Source: Macrostomum hystrix (taxonomy: Eukaryota > Animalia > Platyhelminthes). From it: DNA of 64,000 nucleotides. Of the stretch, positions 36,010 through 47,430 are shown in pieces. The translations under genes were made by a program, and so were the position numbers. The stretch covers positions 9,610,001 through 9,674,000 of the forward strand of contig CATNEN010000025.1 of NCBI GenBank assembly GCA_950097015.1. The letters are read 5' to 3'. The notes under the pieces are model-generated. The model was not told the origin of the DNA and did no database searches. It saw only the letters and a list, made by a program, of their open reading frames with translations. Each line of letters begins with the position of its first letter. Position 1 is the stretch's first letter.

Positions 36010-36508
36010 GCACTGCGAATCTTCTGCTGGCCAACGATCATGCATAGATGTCTACAGGAAAAGTTCAAATTTCGTCCCAGCCAAGGTTTTAGTGAAGCCT
36101 TCTGGTGAGAAGGGTCTCGGTATTTTTGCTGGTGAACTAATTAGAGCTGATTCATTCGTGTGCTTCTATGGTGGCACCGTAATATCTAGAAAACAAGGAC
36201 TCGCCAGAGAGCAGGAGAGGGCATCTAAAGGCGAGTCACCTTGTTTTGCGTTTTTCTTTTTTTATGGCTCCCAATCGCTTTGCGAAGATGCTACTGATAG
36301 TTTTTCCCTTGGTCGGTTTATTAATCACAGTCGGTTGACTCCAAATCTAATGCCAAGGGCGATACCACCATGTAAAGAAATCGGACGGAACGTCTGCAGG
36401 ATCGCTTTTTTTGCTATTCGGGACATTCTAGAAGGGCAAGAATTGCTCTTCGATTATTCTGAAACTGACGAAGAGTGTCTAAAGAGGTTTCCCTGGCTGC
36501 AATCTTAA
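36010..36508 (+). CDS. Zinc-finger/SET-domain gene exon 2: PR-Set7/SETD8 (KMT5A)-like SET domain; protein 300 aa
   Basis: Acceptor CCCACAG|G keeps frame with the 36092 ORF. KGLGIFA, FVCFYGG, CEDAT, LGRFINHS, AIRDILEGQELLFDY; C-terminal FPWL resembles SETD8 HPWL. Confidence 0.85.
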
Positions 36509-36613
36509 AAGTTCAAAAAATTGTACCAACTAGTCACTGCTAATCATTTTGAATTTGTTGCACATGCGTCAGACAAATTTCTTCAAAACTTGTCGCATAA
36601 AACATTACAGCAG

Positions 36614-37174
36614 GTCACTCTGCACCTACTTTTGTGTGGGTGCTGTGAAGCGTTAAGTTTAAGAACGCTAAAATTAATACCAGTAAGCCCAAAGTTTGGA
36701 CACATATTTCTTTCAACTAGCAAAATATTTACAGGTCACTTTGCACATGCAATTCAATGTGCTGTGAAGCGCTACATTTTAAAGCGCTATGAGCCCATGT
36801 GTCAGCCTTCTCGCGGCGGACTCGTTGAGCGCGAATAAAATCTGCTAATTACCGTGCTCTGCCAATCTTACCGTGCATGTTTGCACTATCCAGCGGACTG
36901 GCAGTGTACTTACGTTAGCTGTTTTTATTCGTGGGACTAATGACACTATTAAATTCGTTCATTTATCAGCTTTTCCGTTCAATTCCGTTTTATTATTATT
37001 ATATAGCTCACAGTTTCATTGTCTGTCAAATAAATGGAGGGGCTCCTAAACAGTGTTTCTCGTTCTTATTTTTTCATTGCTTGCCGTGCCTGATAAACAT
37101 GTTTTCCTTTTTTAGCATTTACATACTTGTGCCTATATACGTCACCGATTTCAGCGAAACGCAGGCAACTTAAA
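36614..37174 (+). repeat. Direct repeat R2
   Basis: Near identical to R1 through GCAGGCAACTTAAA; AATAAA at 36834. Confidence 0.95.
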
Positions 37175-37215
37175 AAAAACTTTAAACTTCAAACTGTAAA
37201 CACACAAAACTCATC

Positions 37216-37950
37216 ATGCCCAACAAACACGCGAAAGTGTCCTGTCTTGTCTGTTCCAATTGGACTGGTAGATCCTACATGCTTTGGAGGCATTGCGAGA
37301 AAAGGCACCCCGCTCTGGAGGATGACAGGATTCAGGCGATGATTGACTTCGCGAAGGCGACTTCAAAAGCGAAGCCGGTGTGTCTCTGTCCGATATGCGG
37401 GGCTCTGATTTCTCACCAAAGAGCGCATTTTAAGAGATGCCACGTACCTGAATATGGCTCTACATACCGCCGCAAAGCCCTCTCGGGTCGTGCGGCTGTC
37501 CTGAAATTACGCGAATCAGGTTCGCGGCGTGTAGCAGAACTTCACAAACTTGCTACAGAAGAAAAGCATCCACTCCAATACATGGAACTTGAGTTCGCTG
37601 CTAGTCAGCTATCTATTCTGGTTGAGATGTACAAGGATATCGGCGAGGTACAAATTACATCAGCAACTAGCCAAGAGACGAGTGCGTCAACAAAACTTCC
37701 CGCAGAACAGCAGCAGCAGGAAGAGCGCTGCAACTCTTCTGAAGGTGCTCCTAAAAGTCCTAAACCTACGCCAGAAACTCATCGAGTTCCAGCTAAAATC
37801 TGTCGAAACCCATTACCATTTGTGATTCCTCCAAGAGTCCCTTATTGCGTCAAACCCTTACCGCCTATTGTCTTGCGTAAATCTGCTACCAACTTGACCC
37901 GATATAACCCGAAAATTCCCACCTCGTCTCCCATAAAAATTGCTACCTGA
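37216..37950 (+). CDS. Two-zinc-finger protein (244 aa), distant paralogue of the N-terminus of the SET gene, with a low-complexity C-terminus
   Basis: CLVC...LWRHCEKRHP and LCPIC...HQRAHFKRCH; the post-finger LSGRAAVLKLRESGSRRVAE aligns with LTGQPAMRLARKRGVKRFGE. Confidence 0.7.
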   Translation: MPNKHAKVSCLVCSNWTGRSYMLWRHCEKRHPALEDDRIQAMIDFAKATSKAKPVCLCPICGALISHQRAHFKRCHVPEYGSTYRRKALSGRAAVLKLRESGSRRVAELHKLATEEKHPLQYMELEFAASQLSILVEMYKDIGEVQITSATSQETSASTKLPAEQQQQEERCNSSEGAPKSPKPTPETHRVPAKICRNPLPFVIPPRVPYCVKPLPPIVLRKSATNLTRYNPKIPTSSPIKIAT

Positions 37951-38030
37951 GGTCTTCCTGTTGGAACAAAATACCATACCACCCCTATCCCATGGAAAAA
38001 TTGGTATATCGACAGAGCCAATTACAGCAA

Positions 38031-38500
38031 GTCACTCTGCACCTACTTTTGTGTGGGTGCTGTGAAGCGTTAAGTTTAAGAGCGCTAAAATGAATACCAG
38101 TGAGGCCAAATTTTGGATACAATTCATTCAACTAGCAAAATATTTACAGGTCACTTTGCACATGCAATTCAATGTGCTGTGAAGCGCTACGTTTTAAAGC
38201 GCTATGAGCCCATGTGTCAGCCTTCTCGCGGCGGACTCGTTGAGCGCGAATAAAATCTGCTAATTACCGTGCGCTGCCAATCTTACCGTGCATGTTTGCA
38301 CTATCCAGCGGACTGGCAGTGTACTTACGTTAGCTGTTTTTATTCGTGGGACTAATGACACTATTAAATTCGTTCATTTATCAGCTTTTCCGTTCAATTC
38401 CGTTTTATTATTATTATATAGCTCACAGTTTCATTGTCTGTCAAATAAATGGAGGGGCTCCTAAACAGTGTTTCGCGTTTTCGTTTTTTAATTGCTTGTT
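38031..38500 (+). repeat. Direct repeat R3 (lacks the 3' part present in R1 and R2)
   Basis: Near identical to R1/R2 until about 38475, then diverges; AATAAA at 38249. Confidence 0.93.
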
Positions 38501-39237
38501 TTTTAGATGCGCTTTCTTTCTGCTCATTAGTTGGCTGTGCAGGGAACAACTAGGACAAATGGAGATAGATGTGCATTTGAGAATAGACTGCCTGCTTTAT
38601 ACAATTATATGCATGGCAGATCAATGTCCTTATTAGCGTTTATATATTAGCGTTCACGCCTTCATTTAGGGTCTAGCTTTAATTGTCAACGTTTCAAACT
38701 TCAATCTCGAATAAATTTCAGGCCAGCATCACTTCCATTGAAAGTTGATGACACCTCCCAACATTGGGAGTTGGGAGGTGTCATCAACATTGGGATGACG
38801 TGCGCGATGTCAACATGATGACGTGCGCGAGCATTCAACACAATGGAAATGACGATCCATACAATTTTTTAGGCGGTGTTTCTGGTCTTTCAACCGTTGT
38901 GACCAATATTTGAAGAAGCATCTTGCTAACGATATTTTAGCTTTTATAACTATTTGCACAATTAAAGGTACGTGGCTACGCACTTCTACGCCTTTAGCCT
39001 TGTCTAATGTCATTTTTCAATTCCCTCCAGTCGTCCAAGGCGTTTTGTTGTTATGCGAACTCGGCCAATCTGACTTCATAATTGCTTCATATGCGTTCAT
39101 ATGCATACAAGTGTGAATGCTCATATGCGTGTGTACACCTTTCGTGTCTGCTTGCCTGCAATCCTACTTGTGCATGTATTTGACTTACCTATAGTCATTA
39201 CACTTAGCTAGAGTAATTTAGCCCAGGTGTGGCAACA

Positions 39238-39880
39238 ATGGTCAGAGGAGAGCTAGAGTCAAACTGTTCAGAATATGTTCCGATGACTAAATTATTCAGT
39301 TTTCCCTGGTAGTCATGCAATTTCTTGGATGGTCAGAGGAGAGCTAGAGTCAAACTGTTCAGAATATGTTCCGATGACTAAATTATTCAGTTTTCCCTGG
39401 TAGTCATGCAATTTCTTCAATGGTCAGAGGAGAGCTAGAGTCAAACTGTTCAGAATATGTTCCGATGACTAAATTATTCAGTTTTCCCTGGTAGTCATGC
39501 AATTTCTTGGATGGTCAGAGGAGAGCTAGAGTCAAACTGTTCAGAATATGTTCCGATGACTAAATTATTCAGTTTTCCCTGGTAGTCATGCAATTTCTTC
39601 AATGGTCAGAGGAGGGCTAGAGTCAAACTGTTCAGAATATGTTCCGATGACTAAATTATTCAGTTTTCCCTGGTAGTCATGCAATTTCTTGGATGGTCAG
39701 AGGAGAGCTAGAGTCAAACTGTTCAGAATATGTTCCGATGACTAAATTATTCAGTTTTCCCTGGTAGTCATGCAATTTCTTGGATGGTCAGAGGAGAGCT
39801 AGAGTCAAACTGTTCAGAATATGTTCCGATGACTAAATTATTCAGTTTTCCCTGGTAGTCATGCAATTTCTTCAATGGTC
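39238..39880. repeat. 91-bp tandem repeat, 7 copies
   Basis: ATGGTCAGAGG at 39238, 39329, 39420 and onward; array ends with ATGGTC at 39875. Confidence 0.97.
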
Positions 39881-40249
39881 GTGCTCCCTTGCAAACGAGC
39901 AGCGGAGTGAGAGGAGAGAGTTCTGAAGTTCTGAACGCGTTTGACAATGATAAAATATCAAACTCTAATACCTGCTTTCTTTATGCTCACTGTGCATGCA
40001 CTGTATGTGTTTTTACGTGAGGGTCTGTACTTTGTTCAATTAATGTTTCTGTCTAACTAGGACTTTTCACCAATTCTTTTCCGTGTCAATCTTCAGGGAA
40101 AATACATAAGCTAATTTATCAAAACATATCAGCGCATCTCATTGGCAAAAATTGTGCCGCACAGGCACGGCATAGGTGACCTGCTGCAAGGTATACTGAC
40201 TAAAATTATTATTATGTTATTATTATTACTTCTTTCTTGGAATCACAGG

Positions 40250-40517
40250 GTGAGGTGACAGAGAAGAGGGTGAGGTGACAGAGGAGAGAGTGGGGTGACA
40301 GAGAGGAGAGAGTGAGGGCACAGAGGAGAAAGTGAGGGCACAGAGGAGAAAGTGAGGGCACAGAGGAGAAAGTGAGGGCACAGAGGAGAAAGTGAGGGCA
40401 CAGAGGAGAAAGTGAGGGCACAGAGGAGAAAGTGAGGGCACAGAGTGGAGAAAGTGAGGGCACAAAGGAGAAAGTGAGGGCACAGAGTGGAGAAAGTGAG
40501 GGCACAGAGAGGAGAAA
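40250..40517. repeat. 20-bp AG-rich minisatellite (CAGAGGAGAAAGTGAGGGCA)
   Basis: Directly visible. Confidence 0.93.
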
Positions 40518-40631
40518 GTTAACTTTGATGAATTTCGATGGGATTTGATTCCCCGTATTCTGGGATAGACGTAGAAGCGATCCCTGTCGAAATCCGGGGT
40601 CAATAAGTAAGCCTGCGGCGTCGCATCACAC

Positions 40632-43600
40632 AGACTATACTTAATTATTACTATTGTAGCCAGATTTATAAACTTGAACTGGAGCTTGTGGGCACCTATT
40701 GCCGTTTAGGAAAATTCAAGAAACCAACAATTGCAGTGCCACGCTTGGCCTCAACTACATGATTTTCGCACTACAAAGACTATACTTAATTACTATTGTA
40801 GCCCGATTTATAAACTTGAACTGGAGCTTGTGGGCACCTATTGCCGTTTAGGAAAATTCAAGAAACCAACAATTGCAGTGCCACGCTTGGCCTCAACTAC
40901 ATGATTTTCGCACTACAAAGACTATACTTAATTACTATTGTAGCCAGATTTATAAACTTGAACTGGAGCTTGTGGGCACCTATTGCCGTTTAGGAAAATT
41001 CAAGAAACCAACAATTGCAGTGCCACGCTTGGCCTCAACTACATGATTTTCGCACTACAAAGACTATACTTAATTACTATTGTAGCCAGATTTATAAACT
41101 TGAACTGGAGCTTGTGGGCACCTATTGCCGTTTAGGAAAATTCAAGAAACCAACAATTGCAGTGCCACGCTTGGCCTCAACTACATGATTTTCGCACTAC
41201 AAAGACTATACTTAATTACTATTGTAGCCAGATTTATAAACTTGAACTGGAGCTTGTGGGCACCTATTGCCGTTTAGGAAAATTCAAGAAACCAACAATT
41301 GCAGTGCCACGCTTGGCCTCAACTACATGATTTTCGCACTACAAAGACTATACTTAATTACTATTGTAGCCAGATTTATAAACTTGAACTGGAGCTTGTG
41401 GGCACCTATTGCCGTTTAGGAAAATTCAAGAAACCAACAATTGCAGTGCCACGCTTGGCCTCAACTACATGATTTTCGCACTACAAAGACTATACTTAAT
41501 TACTATTGTAGCCAGATTTATAAACTTGAACTGGAGCTTGTGGGCACCTATTGCCGTTTAGGAAAATTCAAGAAACCAACAATTGCAGTGCCACGCTTGG
41601 CCTCAACTACATGATTTTCGCACTACAAAGACTATACTTAATTACTATTGTAGCCAGATTTATAAACTTGAACTGGAGCTTGTGGGCACCTATTGCCGTT
41701 TAGGAAAATTCAAGAAACCAACAATTGCAGTGCCACGCTTGGCCTCAACTACATGATTTTCGCACTACAAAGACTATACTTAATTACTATTGTAGCCAGA
41801 TTTATAAACTTGAACTGGAGCTTGTGGGCACCTATTGCCGTTTAGGAAAATTCAAGAAACCAACAATTGCAGTGCCACGCTTGGCCTCAACTACATGATT
41901 TTCGCACTACAAAGACTATACTTAATTACTATTGTAGCCAGATTTATAAACTTGAACTGGAGCTTGTGGGCACCTATTGCCGTTTAGGAAAATTCAAGAA
42001 ACCAACAATTGGTGCCACGCTTGACCTCAACTACATGATTTTCGCACTTCAAAGACTATACTTAATTACTATTGTAGCCAGATTTATAAACTTGAACTGG
42101 AGCTTGTGGGCACCTATTGCCGTTTAGGAAAATTCAAGAAACCAACAATTGCAGTGCCACGCTTGGCCTCAACTACATGATTTTCGCACTACAAAGACTA
42201 TACTTAATTACTATTGTAGCCAGGTTTATAAACTTGAACTGGAGCTTGTGGGCACCTATTGCTGTTTAGGAAAATGCAAGAAACCAACAATTGGTGCCAC
42301 GCTTGACCTCAACTACATGATTTTCGCACTTCAAAGACTATACTTAATTACTATTGTAGCCAGATTTATAAACTTGAACTGGAGCTTGTGGGCACCTATT
42401 GCTGTTTAGGAAAATGCAAGAAACCAACAATTGGTGCCACGCTTGGCCTCAACTACATGATTTTCGCACTTCAAAGACTATACTTAATTACTATTGTAGC
42501 CAGATTTATAAACTTGAACTGGAGCTTGTGGGCACCTATTGCTGTTTAGGAAAATGCAAGAAACCAACAATTGGTGCCACGCTTGACCTCAACTACATGA
42601 TTTTCGCACTTCAAAGACTATACTTAATTACTATTGTAGCCAGATTTATAAACTTGAACTGGAGCTTGTGGGCACCTATTGCCGTTTAGGAAAATTCAAG
42701 AAACCAACAATTGCAGTGCCACGCTTGGCCTCAACTACATGATTTTCGCACTACAAAGACTATACTTAATTACTATTGTAGCCAGGTTTATAAACTTGAA
42801 CTGGAGCTTGTGGGCACCTATTGCTGTTTAGGAAAATGCAAGAAACCAACAATTGGTGCCACGCTTGACCTCAACTACATGATTTTCGCACTTCAAAGAC
42901 TATACTTAATTACTATTGTAGCCAGATTTATAAACTTGAACTGGAGCTTGTGGGCACCTATTGCCGTTTAGGAAAATTCAAGAAACCAACAATTGCAGTG
43001 CCACGCTTGGCCTCAACTACATGATTTTCGCACTTCAAAGACTATACTGAATTACTATTGTAGCCAGATTTATAAACTTGAACTGGAGCTTGTGGGCACC
43101 TATTGCTGTTTAGGAAAATGCAAGAAACCAACAATTGGTGCCACGCTTGACCTCAACTACATGATTTTCGCACTTCAAAGACTATACTTAATTACTATTG
43201 TAGCCAGATTTATAAACTTGAACTGGAGCTTGTGGGCACCTATTGCCGTTTAGGAAAATTCAAGAAACCAACAATTGCAGTGCCACGCTTGGCCTCAACT
43301 ACATGATTTTCGCACTACAAAGACTATACTTAATTACTATTGTAGCCAGGTTTATAAACTTGAACTGGAGCTTGTGGGCACCTATTGCTGTTTAGGAAAA
43401 TGCAAGAAACCAACAATTGGTGCCACGCTTGACCTCAACTACATGATTTTCGCACTTCAAAGACTATACTTAATTACTATTGTAGCCAGATTTATAAACT
43501 TGAACTGGAGCTTGTGGGCACCTATTGCTGTTTAGGAAAATGCAAGAAACCAACAATTGGTGCCACGCTTGGCCTCAACTACATGATTTTCGCACTTCAA

Positions 43601-44717
43601 AGACTATACTTAATTACTATTGTAGCCAGATTTATAAACTTGAACTGGAGCTTGTGGGCACCTATTGCTGTTTAGGAAAATGCAAGAAACCAACAATTGG
43701 TGCCACGCTTGACCTCAACTACATGATTTTCGCACTTCAAAGACTATACTTAATTACTATTGTAGCCAGATTTATAAACTTGAACTGGAGCTTGTGGGCA
43801 CCTATTGCCGTTTAGGAAAATTCAAGAAACCAACAATTGCAGTGCCACGCTTGGCCTCAACTACATGATTTTCGCACTACAAAGACTATACTTAATTACT
43901 ATTGTAGCCAGGTTTATAAACTTGAACTGGAGCTTGTGGGCACCTATTGCTGTTTAGGAAAATGCAAGAAACCAACAATTGGTGCCACGCTTGACCTCAA
44001 CTACATGATTTTCGCACTTCAAAGACTATACTTAATTACTATTGTAGCCAGATTTATAAACTTGAACTGGAGCTTGTGGGCACCTATTGCCGTTTAGGAA
44101 AATTCAAGAAACCAACAATTGCAGTGCCACGCTTGGCCTCAACTACATGATTTTCGCACTTCAAAGACTATACTGAATTACTATTGTAGCCAGATTTATA
44201 AACTTGAACTGGAGCTTGTGGGCACCTATTGCTGTTTAGGAAAATGCAAGAAACCAACAATTGGTGCCACGCTTGACCTCAACTACATGATTTTCGCACT
44301 TCAAAGACTATACTTAATTACTATTGTAGCCAGATTTATAAACTTGAACTGGAGCTTGTGGGCACCTATTGCTGTTTAGGAAAATGCAAGAAACCAACAA
44401 TTGGTGCCACGCTTGACCTCAACTACATGATTTTCGCACTTCAAAGACTATACTTAATTACTATTGTAGCCAGATTTATAAACTTGAACTGGAGCTTGTG
44501 GGCACCTATTGCTGTTTAGGAAAATGCAAGAAACCAACAATTGGTGCCACGCTTGACCTCAACTACATGATTTTCGCACTTCAAAGACTATACTTAATTA
44601 CTATTGTAGCCAGATTTATAAACTTGAACTGGAGCTTGTGGGCACCTATTGCTGTTTAGGAAAATGCAAGAAACCAACAATTGGTGCCACGCTTGACCTC
44701 AACTACATGATTTTCGC
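40632..44717. repeat. Satellite of 142-bp (A) and 140-bp (B) monomers, about 29 units, with higher-order structure
   Basis: A has ATTGCAGTGCC, B has ATTGGTGCC; repeated ORF starts are offset by exactly 1126 bp (42149/43275, 42399/43525, 42711/43837, 42993/44119). Confidence 0.97.
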
Positions 44718-45592
44718 AGCCAGTTTCCCAGTTTCCCCAGTTTCTCCAGTTTCCATGGAGAGACCTGGCGTATATTGTTGTTGTTGTTGTTGTTGTTTCG
44801 CAGCACACAGACTACTTAATTATTACTATTGTAGCCAGAGTTATAAACTTTAACTGGGGCTCGAGCTTGTGGGCACCTATTGCCGTTTGCATGCACTTGT
44901 CACCACTGTCTGCTGTTGTTTGTGTCTCATGCTTGGTTTGCGTGCGACTGGGTTGGGCCGTCTGTCTGGGATCCCCCAAATCCCCAGCCCTGCAGGGTCT
45001 GGAAATTAGACTGCATGAACGCATATATAAGGAGCCGCGATATCAGACTGGTTCTTTACTGTGTGTTTCAATTCTGGCCTTACTTCTGCCTTTGAGTTAT
45101 TACAACTTACTCAAGAAGCCGTTTACAAATTATCAGTAAGATATATACATGTAGCTTGTGGATGCACAGCACGATTTTGTGAATGTCACACGATATGACA
45201 TCCCTCAGAGAAACGGAAATTAAAGGGAAGCATTCTTCATGAACTTATACTCATCTATGAGCAAAATGAGGTGTGCAACGAAGCCAATAATGAGGTAAGT
45301 CAGAGTTTAACAAACACTAGCCCATATCAAAATAATAAATATATATGTGTGTGTATCTGGCTTAACCTAAAGTCAGTACAACTACTGTACCGTACTTTAT
45401 GTTTGTCAGTAGATGAATCGGAGATAATCCGAGAATCCATCAATAAATTATTTTTATGAGGCCTATAAACCAATATCAAGAGCAATGTTTCAAAATACGG
45501 ATATATGACTTAGTATTTATTTTTTAAGTTAGTAATCAGCACCAACAGCTTGGAACTTGAAAGTTCATTCAGTCCATTGTGCTAAGCTGTTT

Positions 45593-46015
45593 TCAAAAAG
45601 AAATGACGAAGCAAAACCAGCCTAGACAGTGTCTCGTCAGAAAGGATCGTGAACGAACTTTGGTCAGAAAAGTTCCACTGACCGAAAAGGCGCGCTCAGC
45701 TTCAACACTTGTCGGAGGGATGAGCATCACAGCTTCACGCTGCTGTGCAATGCGAAGAATCTCTCGACCAATGCGACTCTCCAGTGACATGCAGTGTGTT
45801 TTAGGCTTAGAGCTCTTCTCTAGGAATGACTTCACTTGATCAGCCAGACCGCTTTCATCTGCCACATCATCATTGTCGTCACCATAATGGGCATTTGTGG
45901 CTGAACTCAAATCAATGGAAGCTGAACTGGTGTCTTTATCAGTAGCAACTTGGGCAGCATCTTCAGCTGCATATAGGTTTAACTTACTAGCCAGTGTGAT
46001 CAGTGAATACTTCAC
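45593..46015 (-). pseudogene. hAT transposase C-terminal dimerisation-domain remnant
   Basis: IPPTSVEAERAFSVSGTFLTKVRSR matches the hATC consensus PxTSxxxERxFS...TKxRSR. Confidence 0.75.
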
Positions 46016-46843
46016 AGCATTTAACTCACTTTGTGAGTCAGTGATTCCATACCGAGATAAAAATCAGGCGAATCGCGATTCGAGACTAGAAGCAATCTGA
46101 ATTAAACAAAGCATCTCAAAATTTTCTCATTTACACGTTGCATGAGCAGTTGCTTAACTTTATACTCGCAATCAGGCATGAGTCGCTTTCTGTTATTTTT
46201 GTAATTAAAAAACACAAAAACAATAAAAAGCACAGCTAAGCAAGAGTGAGAAGATAAGCAAAAAAGGCGTTCGACAGGGTGACGGAAAAAAATCTCGTTT
46301 ATAAGGTGAGCGGCATGTTGAATCAAAGGCTCATAGGCTCATAGATTCGTAGCAAAAGCCGTAGCAGGAATCGTTGCCAGAATCGCAGCACAGCAGTACA
46401 AGATTGAGCACAGAGAAGCAATAATGAGCACATAAGCAATAATGAGCACAAATAAGCAATAATGAGCACAGATTAAGCAGGAGCACATACAAAAGCGGGC
46501 GCAACAGGAGAAAGATTCAGTCTTTAAAATTTCATCAACTTTCGGCGGACAAACCGTTACTGTTGATTGCGACTGATTACATTTGACTACTGTGCATGGG
46601 TCTGTGCAAAGTCTGCAAAATACCTTATTTCTGTAAATGTATTAATTTTGGACTGCTCCTGCACAGCCCTCTGTTATGTATATTTGTATTATTGCATCCC
46701 ATGCTTGGCTTGGATCAGTGATGCATCCTACATGTGGAAGTCAGTCACGAATTTCCCCTCTCAATCGGCAAGTAATCGGCGAGACAGCTTGCCACCTGTC
46801 TCACTGAGGTCAGTCCAGGGTTTGCACTTTCTCAACACGCAAG

Positions 46844-47170
46844 TCAGGCGTCGGTGAGGCAGGTCTGCGGATCCAATATCGGCAGCACGGGTGTCACCTG
46901 GCCTTGCTTCCGTCTGCCGGTGGCGCCACCGCCGCTTCCGCCGCGACGCCGCCTCCGCCACCGAAGCCGCCAACCCAGGCAGCAGACGTCCAGGCCCATT
47001 CGCTTGACCTCCGGTTTCGAGCGCAGCTCCGTGATCAGGTTGGTCTGCAGCAGCTCCTGTAGAAGGTCCTGGCGGGACAAGCCTGGAGCTGATGGATTGT
47101 CCAAGTTGACAACCAAGTTTGAGAGCCCGTTGATGCGTCTGATGAAGACTATACGTGTCGGTAGGCCTGT
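46844..47170 (-). other. GC-rich open segment, possibly an isolated exon or retroelement fragment; product not recognised
   Basis: Open frame LPTRIVFIRRINGLSNLVVNLDNP...LQELLQTNLITELRSKPEV...WRRRRRGG, preceded by an acceptor-like CAAACAG; GC content higher than flanks. Confidence 0.3.
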
Positions 47171-47239
47171 TTGAGTAGTGCAGGTGAGTACGGGCTTGAT
47201 GTCTAACAGGTACCATGCCAAGCAGAACAGGTGAACACT

Positions 47240-47430
47240 GTGTCTAACAGAACAGGTGATCACAGGCTCTGTCTAACAGGTGACGCTCTCTGTCTAACAG
47301 TTGACGCTGTCGGCCTAACAAATGACGCTCTTTGTCTAACAGGTGACGCTCTTTGTCTACCAGGTGGCGCTCTCTGTCTAACAATTGACGCTGTCGGCCT
47401 AACAAATGACGCTCTTGGTCTAACAGGTAT
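47240..47430. repeat. 21-bp minisatellite (CTGTCTAACAGGTGACGCTCT)
   Basis: Directly visible; shares the CTGTCTAACAG core with the 60.1-61.1 kb array. Confidence 0.88.

Noticed and set aside
34770-38500. R repeats as LTRs of a retroelement
   Set aside because: No TG..CA ends, PBS, PPT or gag/pol are visible, and the bracketed SET gene retains an intron.
38963-38990. TTAAAGG as a Kolobok-type terminus for the KDZ block
   Set aside because: No matching inverted end was found upstream.
41867-44379. Repeated 86/96-aa ORFs that look like a gene array
   Set aside because: They arise from the 140/142-bp satellite periodicity, use non-ATG starts and repeat internally.
39238-44717. CRISPR-like regular arrays
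   Set aside because: Units are contiguous with no unique spacers, there are no cas genes, and the context is eukaryotic.
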